This document shows positions 1 through 9,544 of a stretch of DNA of 31,341 bases, in pieces. Numbering within the stretch: position 1 is the first letter of the stretch; each line of letters opens with the position of its first letter. Location of the stretch: NCBI GenBank assembly GCA_964565695.1, contig CAZMFV010000003.1:1-31341 (forward strand), given 5' to 3'. A program made the translations under genes and the position numbers. The stretch comes from an uncultured Lachnospiraceae bacterium (GTDB taxonomy: Bacteria; Bacillota; Clostridia; TANB77; CAG-508). The notes below the pieces were generated by a model that was not told the DNA's origin, made no database searches, and saw only the letters and a program-made list of their open reading frames with translations.

Positions 1-714
1 CCTACTGCAGATATAATTGGAATTTCTGAATTAAATATAGTTCTAGCAAGTATTTCTTCATTAAAAGGCCATAGGTCTTCTAATGATCCTCCACCTCTTC
101 CTATTATTAAAACATCTGCTAATTTATATTTATTCATATATTCTATAGCTTTAGCAATTCTTATTCCAGCTCCATCACCTTGTACTGGTACAGGTAATAG
201 TCTAATATGTACACCAGGAAATCTTCTACTCGCAACATTTATAATGTCTTTAATAACAGATCCTGTATTAGAAGTAAGAACACCAACAGTTTTTGGTATA
301 AAAGGAATCTTCTTTTTATGTTTAGGATCAAATAGACCTTCTGCTTCAAGCTTCTTTTTTAATTCTTCATATTGTTGATATAAATCTCCAATACCTGCTT
401 TTTTTATAGCCTTAACATAGATTTGATAAGCACCAGATTGTGGATATACAGAAACTTTCCCGAAGTATTAAAACCTTTTCTCCATCTTGTGGTTCAAAAT
501 CTAAATTATATGTATCAAATTTAAACATTACACATTTTACTATTGCTTTTTCATCTTTTAAAGTAAAATATAGATGTCCAGAATAATGTCTTTTATAATT
601 TGATATCTCTCCTTCAACTAAAACAGAAGTTAGATGTTCATCCTCATCAAATTTATTTTTTATATATTCAGTTAATTCCGAAACCGTCTTTGCTTCTGCT
701 TCTTGTACTTTCAT
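1..714 (-). CDS. xseA: Exodeoxyribonuclease VII large subunit; 3' end runs off the window; split by a +1 frameshift at 460-466
   Basis: ORF 412-714 gives the OB-fold N-terminus (EGEISNYKRHYSGHLYFTLKD). From 461 a second frame stays open to the window edge: GKVSVYPQSGAYQIYVKAIKKAGIGDLYQQYEELKKKLEAEGLFD...VQGDGAG...DVLIIGRGGGSLEDLWPFNEEILARTIFNSEIPIISAV. These are canonical XseA motifs. The gene follows nusB as usual. Confidence 0.95.
460..466 (-). other. +1 frameshift site in xseA (ATA CTT CGG GAA)
   Basis: CTT 465-463 and CGG 462-460 are in the zero frame. The +1 frame resumes at GGG 461-459, giving KVLIL-GKVSVY. Confidence 0.85.
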
Positions 715-720
715 TTTCCT

Positions 721-1140
721 CTATTCTAATTTTTCATCTCTAACAATACTAGCTAATACACCATTTATAAATTTAGGTGATATATCTGTACCATATTTTT
801 TTGCTAGCTCTACCGCTTCATTAATAGCTACCTTATATGGCAGATTCTCATATAGCATTTCAGCTATAGCCAAAAATAATATACTAATATCTATTTTAGA
901 TAATCTCTCAATTTGCCAATCAGATTTTAAATTTTTCTTTATTGATTCATTAATATAATTATAATGATCTTGAATTATATACACAGTTCTATGGATTTGT
1001 TCTGTGTATTTTTCATCAACTTCATTAATATCAAAAAAATTTTCTAATTCTTTTTTAGTTAAATTATTTTTGTCTTTTAAAAAAAATGTTGAGAAAACAT
1101 ATTTAAATGTTAATTCTCTTATCTCGCTTTTACTTAACAT
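721..1140 (-). CDS. nusB: Transcription antitermination factor NusB
   Basis: Motifs [27 protein letters not shown] and FINGVLA; position between amaP and xseA. Confidence 0.95.
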   Translation of the reverse strand: MLSKSEIRELTFKYVFSTFFLKDKNNLTKKELENFFDINEVDEKYTEQIHRTVYIIQDHYNYINESIKKNLKSDWQIERLSKIDISILFLAIAEMLYENLPYKVAINEAVELAKKYGTDISPKFINGVLASIVRDEKLE

Positions 1141-1918
1141 TCTTCTCTTTCTTCTTTTTGCTTTTATTTTTATTTTTATCTTTTTTCTTTATTTCAACTT
1201 CAGTATCTTTTTCTTCTATCTTAATTTCTTTTTCTTCAATAATTTCAACTTCTTCTTTTTCTTCGACTTTTGCTTCTTCAATTTCTTTTAGTTTCTCAGC
1301 TTCTGCAATTACTTCATCTGTTTTTTTCTTAGTTTTAGAAAAATCTTCTTTAGTTTTTTTATTAGGACTTACCTTGCTTGAAATTCTTTCAATATTAACA
1401 TTAACTTCAGATACTTCTAAATCAGAAGCTTGCTTTATAGCATGTTTTATATCTTCTTGCATTTTTTTAGTAACTTCTTTTATTACTGCATCTTGATATA
1501 CTATTGCATTAATATTAACTACTATCTCATTATTTTCATCTAGGTAAATTTTTGAATATATACTTTCTGTACCTTCTATTTTCTTAGAAATATCTCTAAC
1601 TAAATTTTCTAATGTTTCTCTTGAAATTAAAAGTTTACCATTATTGTTTTCAAGTAATATTCCATCTGTTTTATCTTTTTTAGTTTTAGATTGAAATAGA
1701 AATCCTTTAAGAGCAAGTATAAATAAAAGAGCAAGTATTCCTATTGATGCTATTATAACATCTTTATCTGTTGCTATTAGTGCATAGTATGTTTTTGGTA
1801 ATCCTTCTAATATTTCTCTTGCACCAAATAGGTCAAAAACTAATAATGCTGTAAATACTACATTAAATAAAATAATTAGAGAAAATAACCATAAAATAAA
1901 TTTATCAAATCTTTTCAT
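1130..1918 (-). CDS. amaP: Alkaline shock response membrane anchor protein AmaP-like, with K/E-rich C-terminal tail
   Basis: Two N-terminal TM segments, [15 protein letters not shown] and an Asp23-like domain (VNVNIERI); lies between asp23 and nusB. Confidence 0.8.
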   Translation of the reverse strand: MKRFDKFILWLFSLIILFNVVFTALLVFDLFGAREILEGLPKTYYALIATDKDVIIASIGILALLFILALKGFLFQSKTKKDKTDGILLENNNGKLLISRETLENLVRDISKKIEGTESIYSKIYLDENNEIVVNINAIVYQDAVIKEVTKKMQEDIKHAIKQASDLEVSEVNVNIERISSKVSPNKKTKEDFSKTKKKTDEVIAEAEKLKEIEEAKVEEKEEVEIIEEKEIKIEEKDTEVEIKKKDKNKNKSKKKKEKNVK

Positions 1919-2391
1919 TATTCATCCTCCTTAGGATCTTTATCTATAACTACATCTTCTTTTACTTCTTCTTTTGTTTTTTCAACATCCATATTTATTC
2001 CTTGTACATGAACATTTACTTCTCTTACTTCTAAACCAGTCATTGCTTCAACTGATTTTTTCACTCTAGTTTGTATTTCAAATGCTACTTCTGGAATTCT
2101 AGTTCCAAAGTCAACTATAATATTGGCATCTATCTTACATTTGTTTTCTTTAATATCTACCTTAATACCTTTTCCTTCTTTATTTTTAGTTTTAAAGGCA
2201 TCTGCAATGTTATCAAAAAAACCTGTAATTCTATTTGCTCCAATAACTTCTGAAATAGCAACACCAGCAATAGTAGCAACTACTTCTGGCGATATTTCTA
2301 AATCATCTTGAATTTGATTTTTAGTTTTTTCTTTATCAGATTGAACTTCTTTTTTCTTCTTTTTCTTAGATTCTTTTATTTTGTTACTCAT
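1918..2391 (-). CDS. Asp23/Gls24 family envelope stress protein
   Basis: Motifs ISPEVVATIAG, GIKVDI, VDFGTRIPEVAFEIQTRVKKSVEAMTGLEVREVNVHVQGI. Confidence 0.93.
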   Translation of the reverse strand: MSNKIKESKKKKKKEVQSDKEKTKNQIQDDLEISPEVVATIAGVAISEVIGANRITGFFDNIADAFKTKNKEGKGIKVDIKENKCKIDANIIVDFGTRIPEVAFEIQTRVKKSVEAMTGLEVREVNVHVQGINMDVEKTKEEVKEDVVIDKDPKEDE

Positions 2392-2475
2392 AGTTCCCCC
2401 TAATTAATTTACATTATTAATATCTTATTATTGTCTTTTAAATTTATATAAAAGATATCAACTTTTATCAATATT

Positions 2476-2504
2476 AGTATATCAACTTTGTTCTTAAAAT
2501 ACAA
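2476..2504 (-). promoter_or_regulatory. Sigma-A type promoter for the asp23-amaP-nusB-xseA operon
   Basis: Minus strand TTGTAT (2504-2499), 17 nt, TATACT (2481-2476), with an extended -10 TG. Confidence 0.55.
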
Positions 2505-2608
2505 TATTTTTATATTATACAGAAATTATTATTTATATAAAATGAAAATATTTTTTATTATTTATTGTTATTTTTTTATTACTTTTTCTTATCTATTAAT
2601 ATTTTTTA

Positions 2609-2637
2609 TTGAGTTTAAGAAATAATATTAATATAAT
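2609..2637 (+). promoter_or_regulatory. Sigma-A type promoter for the kinase gene
   Basis: TTGAGT (2609-2614), 17 nt, TATAAT (2632-2637); RBS AAGGAG before ATG 2665. Confidence 0.6.
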
Positions 2638-2664
2638 TTCTATAGAATAAATAAGGAGAGAATA

Positions 2665-3228
2665 ATGGAAAGAACAAAGTTAATTATAATTGAAGGCCCA
2701 CAAGGCATAGGTAAGACTGGACTTACAACTTACTTAAGAGAAAAAATATCTGCATGTGATTTATACAGATTAAGTGGTGTTAAAGATACTAGCGAAACAG
2801 GAAAGAAAAAAGTTACTAAAAGATATCATTCATTATTAGCATATTTAAAAGAACAAGAGGAAGTAGGTTTAAATCTATTATTTGATAGAACTTTTCCTAC
2901 AGATCATGTTTATGCAAATCTAGGATATAAGGAATATAGTTTTGCAGATGAGTTTGAGAAATTAACAGAAAAATTAAATAATCTTAATTTTGATATCTAC
3001 TATATTTCTCTTTATTTAGAAAACACTGAATTATTTAGAGAAAGATTACAAAGAAAAGATAAGCATGGATATCAAGAAGTAAGTATTGATAATAGTGTTA
3101 ATCAACAAAATGAGTATAAGAAAGTCGTAGAGTATTTTAAAGACTTTAAGAATATAAATATATTTGAAGTTTCTACAGATGACTTTGATAAAGCATATAG
3201 AAAAGTTGATAAAATTTTAGGTATATAA
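2665..3228 (+). CDS. P-loop nucleoside/nucleotide kinase, thymidylate-kinase-like
   Basis: N-terminal LIIIEGPQGIGKT Walker A and a LLFDRT..D.VY motif typical of the TMK/dNK fold; 187 aa. Confidence 0.7.
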   Translation: MERTKLIIIEGPQGIGKTGLTTYLREKISACDLYRLSGVKDTSETGKKKVTKRYHSLLAYLKEQEEVGLNLLFDRTFPTDHVYANLGYKEYSFADEFEKLTEKLNNLNFDIYYISLYLENTELFRERLQRKDKHGYQEVSIDNSVNQQNEYKKVVEYFKDFKNINIFEVSTDDFDKAYRKVDKILGI

Positions 3229-3313
3229 AATAAATTAAATTTAAACTATATAAAAGAATTAAACAAGAAGTTAAAAGATAATAAAAAAACAGAAATAGAA
3301 TAAGAATAAAAAT

Positions 3314-3340
3314 AAAAAAAGAACTATTAGTTCTTTTTTT
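3314..3340. terminator. Bidirectional intrinsic terminator between convergent genes
   Basis: AAAAAAAGAAC-TATTA-GTTCTTTTTTT perfect inverted repeat with U-tracts on both strands. Confidence 0.7.
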
Positions 3341-3436
3341 GTTTATATATATTTACTTTTATTTTTTACTTTTATTGTATTTGAATTTATTAATATACTT
3401 TATTTTTATTTTGTTTTTATTTTTACTTTTTATATC

Positions 3437-4699
3437 CTAGTCTTTATTACCACCATGTTCTTCAACTTCTTCAATACTTCTAGAAACACTATGTTCTATT
3501 TTTTCCCATACTAGATTTGGTTTGAATATAGATTTAACATTTATAACAAGCCAAGATAACATAAATATAGGGAATCCTAGAACACCTTTCCAAAGTTTTC
3601 TAAATGATTTCTTTTCTATTATTACAGTAGCAATAGCTCCAAGTAGTGGCATTATAATTATTGTAAAGAAATAAAGGAATAGATTTATAAGTAAATCTGT
3701 TACTCCCATTTGTCCTAAAAAGTATAGTACAAAATTAACTATTACTAATAATATTGCTACTAAGAACATTGGAACACCCAATATATATAATAATGCATCA
3801 AAATTAGTCATTGTTTTTCTTTTTACAGTTGCCTTAGCTAAATCTCCTGTATATTCTCTTAAACATTGTAAATGTCCTGCTGTCCATCTTTCTCTTTGAG
3901 TCCAACTTTGTTTAAATTCAGTTGGTTGCTCATCATATACTATTGCCTTAGTTTGCCATCCAAGTTTTTCACCATCAATTACTGAAAGTAAGGAATACTC
4001 TATGTCTTCTGTTAATGTAATAGTATCCCAACCTTTTTCTTCAACTAAATCCATACTAACCATAAATGCTGTTCCATTTAATAATGGAGATAAACCAATA
4101 TTATATCTCGCTAAATGGAAGAATCTATGCATCATCCAATAAAAGATTGCATAACTCCCTGAAATCCAAGAATCTGTCGGATTTTTAATATCTCTATATC
4201 CTTGAACAACTCTTTCACCTTGTGATAATGATCTATTCATATAGTATAGGAATTCTGAGTCAACAACATTGTCAGCATCAAAAACAATCATTGCATCATA
4301 GTCTTTTTCAAATGTTGGTACAATTTGTGTTAAAAACCAATCTAGCGCATAACCCTTAGTCTTTTTTGTTGGATCATTTCTTTCATATACATTTGCACCA
4401 TGTTCTCTAGCTACTTTAGTTGTATTATCTGTTGAATTATCTGAAATAACATATACATCAAATAGTTCTTTTGGATAATCTATTTTTAGAACTGAATCAA
4501 CTAGATTACCAACAACTGCTTCTTCATTATGTGCTGGTATAACTATCATGAATCTATGATTTTTTTCAACTTGCAAAGGTTTTTCTTTAACCTTCACTAA
4601 TGCTGCAATAGCAATAACAAATTGATAGAACCAAAAAATATTGGTTACAACAATAAGTGTTATTTGTAATATTTCTACTATCTTAGTAAATACTGCCAT
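3437..4699 (-). CDS. Family 2 membrane glycosyltransferase (cellulose-synthase-like)
   Basis: IPAHNEE, KGYAL, FDAD, TLTED, QRERW (QxxRW) motifs plus TM helices. Confidence 0.92.
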   Translation of the reverse strand: MAVFTKIVEILQITLIVVTNIFWFYQFVIAIAALVKVKEKPLQVEKNHRFMIVIPAHNEEAVVGNLVDSVLKIDYPKELFDVYVISDNSTDNTTKVAREHGANVYERNDPTKKTKGYALDWFLTQIVPTFEKDYDAMIVFDADNVVDSEFLYYMNRSLSQGERVVQGYRDIKNPTDSWISGSYAIFYWMMHRFFHLARYNIGLSPLLNGTAFMVSMDLVEEKGWDTITLTEDIEYSLLSVIDGEKLGWQTKAIVYDEQPTEFKQSWTQRERWTAGHLQCLREYTGDLAKATVKRKTMTNFDALLYILGVPMFLVAILLVIVNFVLYFLGQMGVTDLLINLFLYFFTIIIMPLLGAIATVIIEKKSFRKLWKGVLGFPIFMLSWLVINVKSIFKPNLVWEKIEHSVSRSIEEVEEHGGNKD

Positions 4700-4775
4700 A
4701 TCTTCTTCTTTCTTTTTTATCGTAATACCTATATTATACCAAATTAGCTTGATTTAATCAATTTTTAGCAATTCA

Positions 4776-7073
4776 TTATATGCTATATGGATTTAAATCT
4801 AGAGATATAATAGTAGTATTTGAAGTCTTAATATATTTGACCGCCTTATCTAACCAAAAGGCTTTTTGATTATCTAAATCTGTTTTAATTATAATTTGCC
4901 ATATATACTTATTTTTTATTCTGTTTATTCTATTTGGCTGTGCAGGGAAGATTTGAATTTCTTCATCTATCTTTGTTTGTTCAAGCAATTTATACAAATT
5001 ATTACTAGTTATTTCTGCATCTCTTTCACTATCTGAAATAATTGATATTTGAATTATATCTGTAAAAGGAGGATATTTTAACATCCTTCTTATTTCAATT
5101 TCAGATTCATAGAATTCTCTATAATCCTGTTTTTTAGCTAGATCAATAATGTAGTGGTCTGGATTATATGTCTGTATAATTGCCTTTCCTGGATTCTCTT
5201 CTTCTCTTCCAGCTCTACCTATTATTTGAACCAGTGTTTGAAAGGTATTTTCATTAGCTCTATAGCTTTCAATATTTAACATATCATCAGCTAGTATAAC
5301 AACTGATAGATTTACTTTAGGGAAATCATGACCCTTTGTTACCATTTGAGTTCCAATCAAAACATCTATATCCTTATTTCTAAATTCTTCTAATATTGTA
5401 TTATGCGAATCTTTTGCTCTAACAGAATCTAAATCTAATCTTATAGTTTTTAAGCCTGGGATTTCCTTTTTTAACATCTCATCTAATTGTTGTATTCCTA
5501 TACCTACAAATTTTAATTCACCATCACAAGAAGGGCATTTTTCAGGTACCTTTGTTTGATATCCACAATAATGACATTTCAAAAGATTCTCATCTTTATG
5601 ATATCTTAAGTTGATATTACACTTAGGACAAGAAATTGTTTCACCACAATCTTCACAAATTAATAGTCTTGAATATCCTCTTTTATTTAAAAATATAATA
5701 CTTTGATTATTATTCTTTTTATTTTTTATTAATAATTCTTTTAATTCTTTAGTAATAAAGTAATTATAATTTCTAAGATCAATAATCTCTACTTCTGGAA
5801 GTTCAGCATTTGTTGCACGATTCTTTAATTCTAATAATTCTATTTTACCATTTACAGCCTTATGATAACTTTCAATTAATGGTGTTGCAGAACCTAGCAA
5901 TAATATTGCATTTTCAGTTTTAGCAAAATATCTAGCAATTTCACTTGCGTGATATTTAGGAGTAGTTTCTGATTTATATGAAGCATCATGTTCTTCATCA
6001 ATTACTATAATCCCTACATTTTCTAATGGTGCAAAAATTGCTGATCTAGTACCAATTACTACTTTAGCATCACCATTTTCTATTCTAATCCATTCTTCAA
6101 ATCTTTCTCTATCAGTAAGTCTACTATGAAGTACTGCTATATTTTCTCTTCCAAATCTAGAATTAAATCTTTTTAACATTAATGGAGTTAAACCTATTTC
6201 TGGTACTAATACAATTGCAGTTTTATTTAAGCTCAATACATAATCTATTGACTGTAAATATACTTCCGTTTTACCAGAACCTGTTATTCCATGTAATAAA
6301 ACTTCTTCAAATTCTTCTTTTTTTACTAATTTTATTATTTTATTAAATGCATCTTCTTGTTCTTCAGTTAAAATCTTCTTTTCATCTAAGTCTTTATTTT
6401 CTTTTTCAACAATGATTACCTTAGTCCTATACTCTCTAGTTAAAATTCCATTTTTAATCATTGTATTTAAGATTGCTGTACTCACACCAATATTTTTAAT
6501 TAATTCTTCTTCTAAGATTTCTAATTTTTCATTAGTAATCTCATCTTTACTTTCTTTTTTATCTATTATGTTTTCTTTATTTTTATCAGAATATTCATTT
6601 GCAAAATCTAATACTAATTTATGATTATTAGTTAATCTTATATTCTTATTTTCTTTCTTTTGATCTTCAATATATTTTTCAATATCTTCTTTTTTGTAAT
6701 AATTAAAAATTATATATTTCTCTTCCAATTCCTTCATTATATTATCAGCAGCTCTTCTATATCCTGGATTTAACATAAGTTTAACTGCTGAAGATATATT
6801 GCAGAAATATCTTTTAGACATGATTTTTGCAAGAGTTAATCTTGATTCAGATAATAACTCTCCTGTTAGAACTTCTAATATTTCCTTAGTTGCATATTCT
6901 GATTCTTCCACAATATCTAAAACAAAGGCATCTCTTTTAGAATTATCTTTCCCAAAAGGAACAAAAACTCTTGATCCTAAAACCACTTTATCTTTTAAAT
7001 TTTGTGGTACTTTATAATCAAAAGTTTTATTTAAATCTAATGTCTTTGTATTTAAAATAACTTTTACAAACAA
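4776..7073 (-). CDS. priA: Primosomal protein N' (replication restart helicase)
   Basis: LLHGITGSGKTEVY, IDEEHDASYK, Cys-rich CEDC/CPKC/CHYC/CPSC, GTQMVTKGHDFP, QIIGRAGR; TTG start. Confidence 0.96.
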   Translation of the reverse strand: MFVKVILNTKTLDLNKTFDYKVPQNLKDKVVLGSRVFVPFGKDNSKRDAFVLDIVEESEYATKEILEVLTGELLSESRLTLAKIMSKRYFCNISSAVKLMLNPGYRRAADNIMKELEEKYIIFNYYKKEDIEKYIEDQKKENKNIRLTNNHKLVLDFANEYSDKNKENIIDKKESKDEITNEKLEILEEELIKNIGVSTAILNTMIKNGILTREYRTKVIIVEKENKDLDEKKILTEEQEDAFNKIIKLVKKEEFEEVLLHGITGSGKTEVYLQSIDYVLSLNKTAIVLVPEIGLTPLMLKRFNSRFGRENIAVLHSRLTDRERFEEWIRIENGDAKVVIGTRSAIFAPLENVGIIVIDEEHDASYKSETTPKYHASEIARYFAKTENAILLLGSATPLIESYHKAVNGKIELLELKNRATNAELPEVEIIDLRNYNYFITKELKELLIKNKKNNNQSIIFLNKRGYSRLLICEDCGETISCPKCNINLRYHKDENLLKCHYCGYQTKVPEKCPSCDGELKFVGIGIQQLDEMLKKEIPGLKTIRLDLDSVRAKDSHNTILEEFRNKDIDVLIGTQMVTKGHDFPKVNLSVVILADDMLNIESYRANENTFQTLVQIIGRAGREEENPGKAIIQTYNPDHYIIDLAKKQDYREFYESEIEIRRMLKYPPFTDIIQISIISDSERDAEITSNNLYKLLEQTKIDEEIQIFPAQPNRINRIKNKYIWQIIIKTDLDNQKAFWLDKAVKYIKTSNTTIISLDLNPYSI

Positions 7074-7076
7074 TTT

Positions 7077-7646
7077 TTAATCCTTATTTTCGATAAGTTT
7101 ATATTCTTCTTCAATTATAGTTTGTGCTATCTTTACAGCCTTGTCTAAATCATCATTTAAAACAACATAGTCATACATTGTAAGTAATGATTCTTCATAT
7201 TCTTGTCTTGCAAGTCTTAACTTAGCACTGTCTTCTGTTTCACCTCTATGTAATAATCTTTCATAAAGTTCATCTTTATCTACTTTTAAGAAGATTGAAA
7301 CAACTCTCATCTTTCCTTTAAAGATGTCAATTAAATCTCTAGTTCCATTAACATCAATATCTTTTATTACTATTTTCTTATCTGCTAATTTAGAATCTAA
7401 TTCTTTTTTAGATGTTCCATAGTAATTCCCATGATTTATAGAATATTCATATAAATCACCTTGGTCAATTAAACTTATAAATTCTTCTTGAGTAACAAAG
7501 AAATACTTCTTTAAATCATCTTCAGTATCTCTAGGCTCTCTTGTTGTATATGCTCTTATTGTTGTTGAATTTGATATTTTCTTAAGTAGTTCTGTTTTAA
7601 CAGTATCTTTACCAGAACCTGCTACACCTGATAAAATTACAAACAT
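7077..7646 (-). CDS. gmk: Guanylate kinase
   Basis: ILSGVAGSGKDT, YTTREPR, YFFV, NYYGTS, YDYVVLNDDLD. Confidence 0.92.
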   Translation of the reverse strand: MFVILSGVAGSGKDTVKTELLKKISNSTTIRAYTTREPRDTEDDLKKYFFVTQEEFISLIDQGDLYEYSINHGNYYGTSKKELDSKLADKKIVIKDIDVNGTRDLIDIFKGKMRVVSIFLKVDKDELYERLLHRGETEDSAKLRLARQEYEESLLTMYDYVVLNDDLDKAVKIAQTIIEEEYKLIENKD

Positions 7647-7719
7647 AAATCCTCCTTATATAAAAAATAGACTTTATTATATTGTACTATCATACTCTAT
7701 ATAAAATCCATTTTACTTT

Positions 7720-7923
7720 TTACTCATCAAGATCTGCAACATTATATACCTTACCTTCTGCAACTTCATGTGCAGCAAGAGTAAGTGGATGTTGATGTCT
7801 AAATATTGTTAACTTTTCACTTCCTTGTTGAATCTCTCTGGCTCTTTTAGCAACTAGTACTATTAATTCATATGTATCATTAACTTTTTCTCTTAATTCC
7901 TCTGTATTAGGTTCGTTAATCAT
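7720..7923 (-). CDS. rpoZ: RNA polymerase omega subunit
   Basis: MINEP..EL..V..YEL..LVAKRAREI..G and PLTLAAHEV; next to gmk. Confidence 0.88.
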   Translation of the reverse strand: MINEPNTEELREKVNDTYELIVLVAKRAREIQQGSEKLTIFRHQHPLTLAAHEVAEGKVYNVADLDE

Positions 7924-7935
7924 TCTATCCTCCGT

Positions 7936-8508
7936 TTATATGTATGATTCTCTATTATCTTTCAATATTTCTTTTATATCAGATCTAGACCTTACATATT
8001 CAGCATATATAATTCTAGATTTAAATATTCCTTTAAAGATATAGTATATTATATAACAAAAAGACAAAATAAGCAAAGATGTTCCATTAAAAAGCGGATG
8101 AGGCACTTGCATTTCAGAAGTAATCAATAATGCAAAATTATAGAAAATTAATTCTAGTAAAGTTATAAACTCTTTTTCTTTAAAACTTCTATATACTCTT
8201 TCCGCTAAAAATATAATTCCAAATGTTAAAATTATTTCAATTGCTCTAATTGCCCATATATTAATCATTGGGCTTTCAAAGTATAAAAAGAATAAAACTA
8301 TAGACAAAAGTGCTATAAATATAGCTTTCCAATATTCTATTAATTGAACCTTTGTTCTTAAATTTTTTATTTTGGGTGGAATAACTAGATTCAAAGCTTT
8401 TACAACTTTTTCTTCTTCCTTGGTTAATTTAGAATGTTTCTTCTTTTTAACAATAACTGTTTTATTAGAAAACAGATCATCTTCTTCTCTTATCATTATA
8501 TCCTCCAT
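7936..8508 (-). CDS. Hypothetical membrane protein (about 4 TM helices)
   Basis: 190-aa ORF with GGAGG RBS and hydrophobic segments; stop lies just upstream of the rpoZ RBS. Confidence 0.75.
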   Translation of the reverse strand: MEDIMIREEDDLFSNKTVIVKKKKHSKLTKEEEKVVKALNLVIPPKIKNLRTKVQLIEYWKAIFIALLSIVLFFLYFESPMINIWAIRAIEIILTFGIIFLAERVYRSFKEKEFITLLELIFYNFALLITSEMQVPHPLFNGTSLLILSFCYIIYYIFKGIFKSRIIYAEYVRSRSDIKEILKDNRESYI

Positions 8509-8591
8509 CTTTTGTATTTATATAAGTATAGTATTTTATAATTTGCTCTATTCTTATTTTTTATTTTCTTTTTATTTTATCTTAGCTTAAT

Positions 8592-8615
8592 CTATTTCTA
8601 TTTCTATTTCTATTT
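8592..8615. repeat. Intergenic hexamer tandem repeat (CTATTT)x4
   Basis: Read directly; a near-identical array occurs at 25301-25323. Confidence 0.8.
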
Positions 8616-8655
8616 ATTTTTATTGATTTATACTTTTCTTTGTTTCATTCTTTTT

Positions 8656-9411
8656 TTAGAAATCTCCATATAGATATTGTAATATACTTAAAATAGTAAT
8701 ACTCGCAGTTTCAGTTCTTAATACTCTTGGGCCTAGCTTTATAGGATTAGCTTTTGAATTTAAAAATTCTCTCTCATCATCTGCAAAACCACCTTCAGGT
8801 CCAATAATAATTGATATTTTTTTAACATTGTTAATATTATCGTCATTGTCATTATTATCAATTTTGTTGGCTATTCCTATTTCTTTAATACTCTTTTGTG
8901 CTTCAGTATCCAAAAATATATTTAAATCATATTTGTTAAAATCTATTTTATCTAGATTTATTTTATTGTGAATTTTCGGAATATAATCTCTTTTAGATTG
9001 TTTTGCTGCAGATTCAGATATCTTATTCCATCTATCTATTTTCTTAACTAAATCTTTATCTTTTAATTTTACAACACATCTTTTAAGTTCAAGAGGATAG
9101 ATTGCATTTACGCCAAGCTCTATAGATTTTTGTATAATATATTCCATTTTATCAAATTTGGGTATACCTTGATAAATATCTATTTCAATATTACTTTCAT
9201 TAGAAATTATTTTTTCTTTTATCTTAATGCTCATAGGTTCTAAATTTAGTATCTCTGCATTATATGCATTTTTATTTAGATCTACAATTTCAATAATATC
9301 ACCAACTCTTTTTCTCATAACATTTACTATATGTTTAATATTGTCTAAGTCAGTAATATTATATTCTTTTTTACCTAAATTATTTATATCTTCTTTTACA
9401 AAAATTCTCAT
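8656..9411 (-). CDS. rsmE: 16S rRNA m3U1498 methyltransferase
   Basis: HIVNVMR, KMEYIIQKSIELGV, SESAAKQS, IIGPEGGF, LGPRVLRTETA. Confidence 0.96.
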   Translation of the reverse strand: MRIFVKEDINNLGKKEYNITDLDNIKHIVNVMRKRVGDIIEIVDLNKNAYNAEILNLEPMSIKIKEKIISNESNIEIDIYQGIPKFDKMEYIIQKSIELGVNAIYPLELKRCVVKLKDKDLVKKIDRWNKISESAAKQSKRDYIPKIHNKINLDKIDFNKYDLNIFLDTEAQKSIKEIGIANKIDNNDNDDNINNVKKISIIIGPEGGFADDEREFLNSKANPIKLGPRVLRTETASITILSILQYLYGDF

Positions 9412-9454
9412 TATATTATTTTTAAAAACACTTTTTACATTTTATTATATATAA

Positions 9455-9483
9455 ACTATATTACTTAGAATACCAGAATGCAA
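9455..9483 (-). promoter_or_regulatory. Sigma-A type promoter upstream of rsmE
   Basis: Minus strand TTGCAT (9483-9478), 17 nt, TATAGT (9460-9455). Confidence 0.5.
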
Positions 9484-9544
9484 GAAAGAAAAGAGCAAAA
9501 AAAATAATTGTATTTCTACAATTATTTAAATTAAAAGCTCGTTA

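Noticed and set aside
3321-3333. GAAC...GTTC as a Firmicute LexA box
   Set aside because: The spacer is 5 nt rather than 4, and it is the stem of a terminator between convergent genes.
3229-3436. Repetitive-looking intergenic region as a CRISPR array or MITE
   Set aside because: Only low-complexity A/T tracts and one terminator; no regularly spaced repeats or terminal inverted repeats with target duplication.
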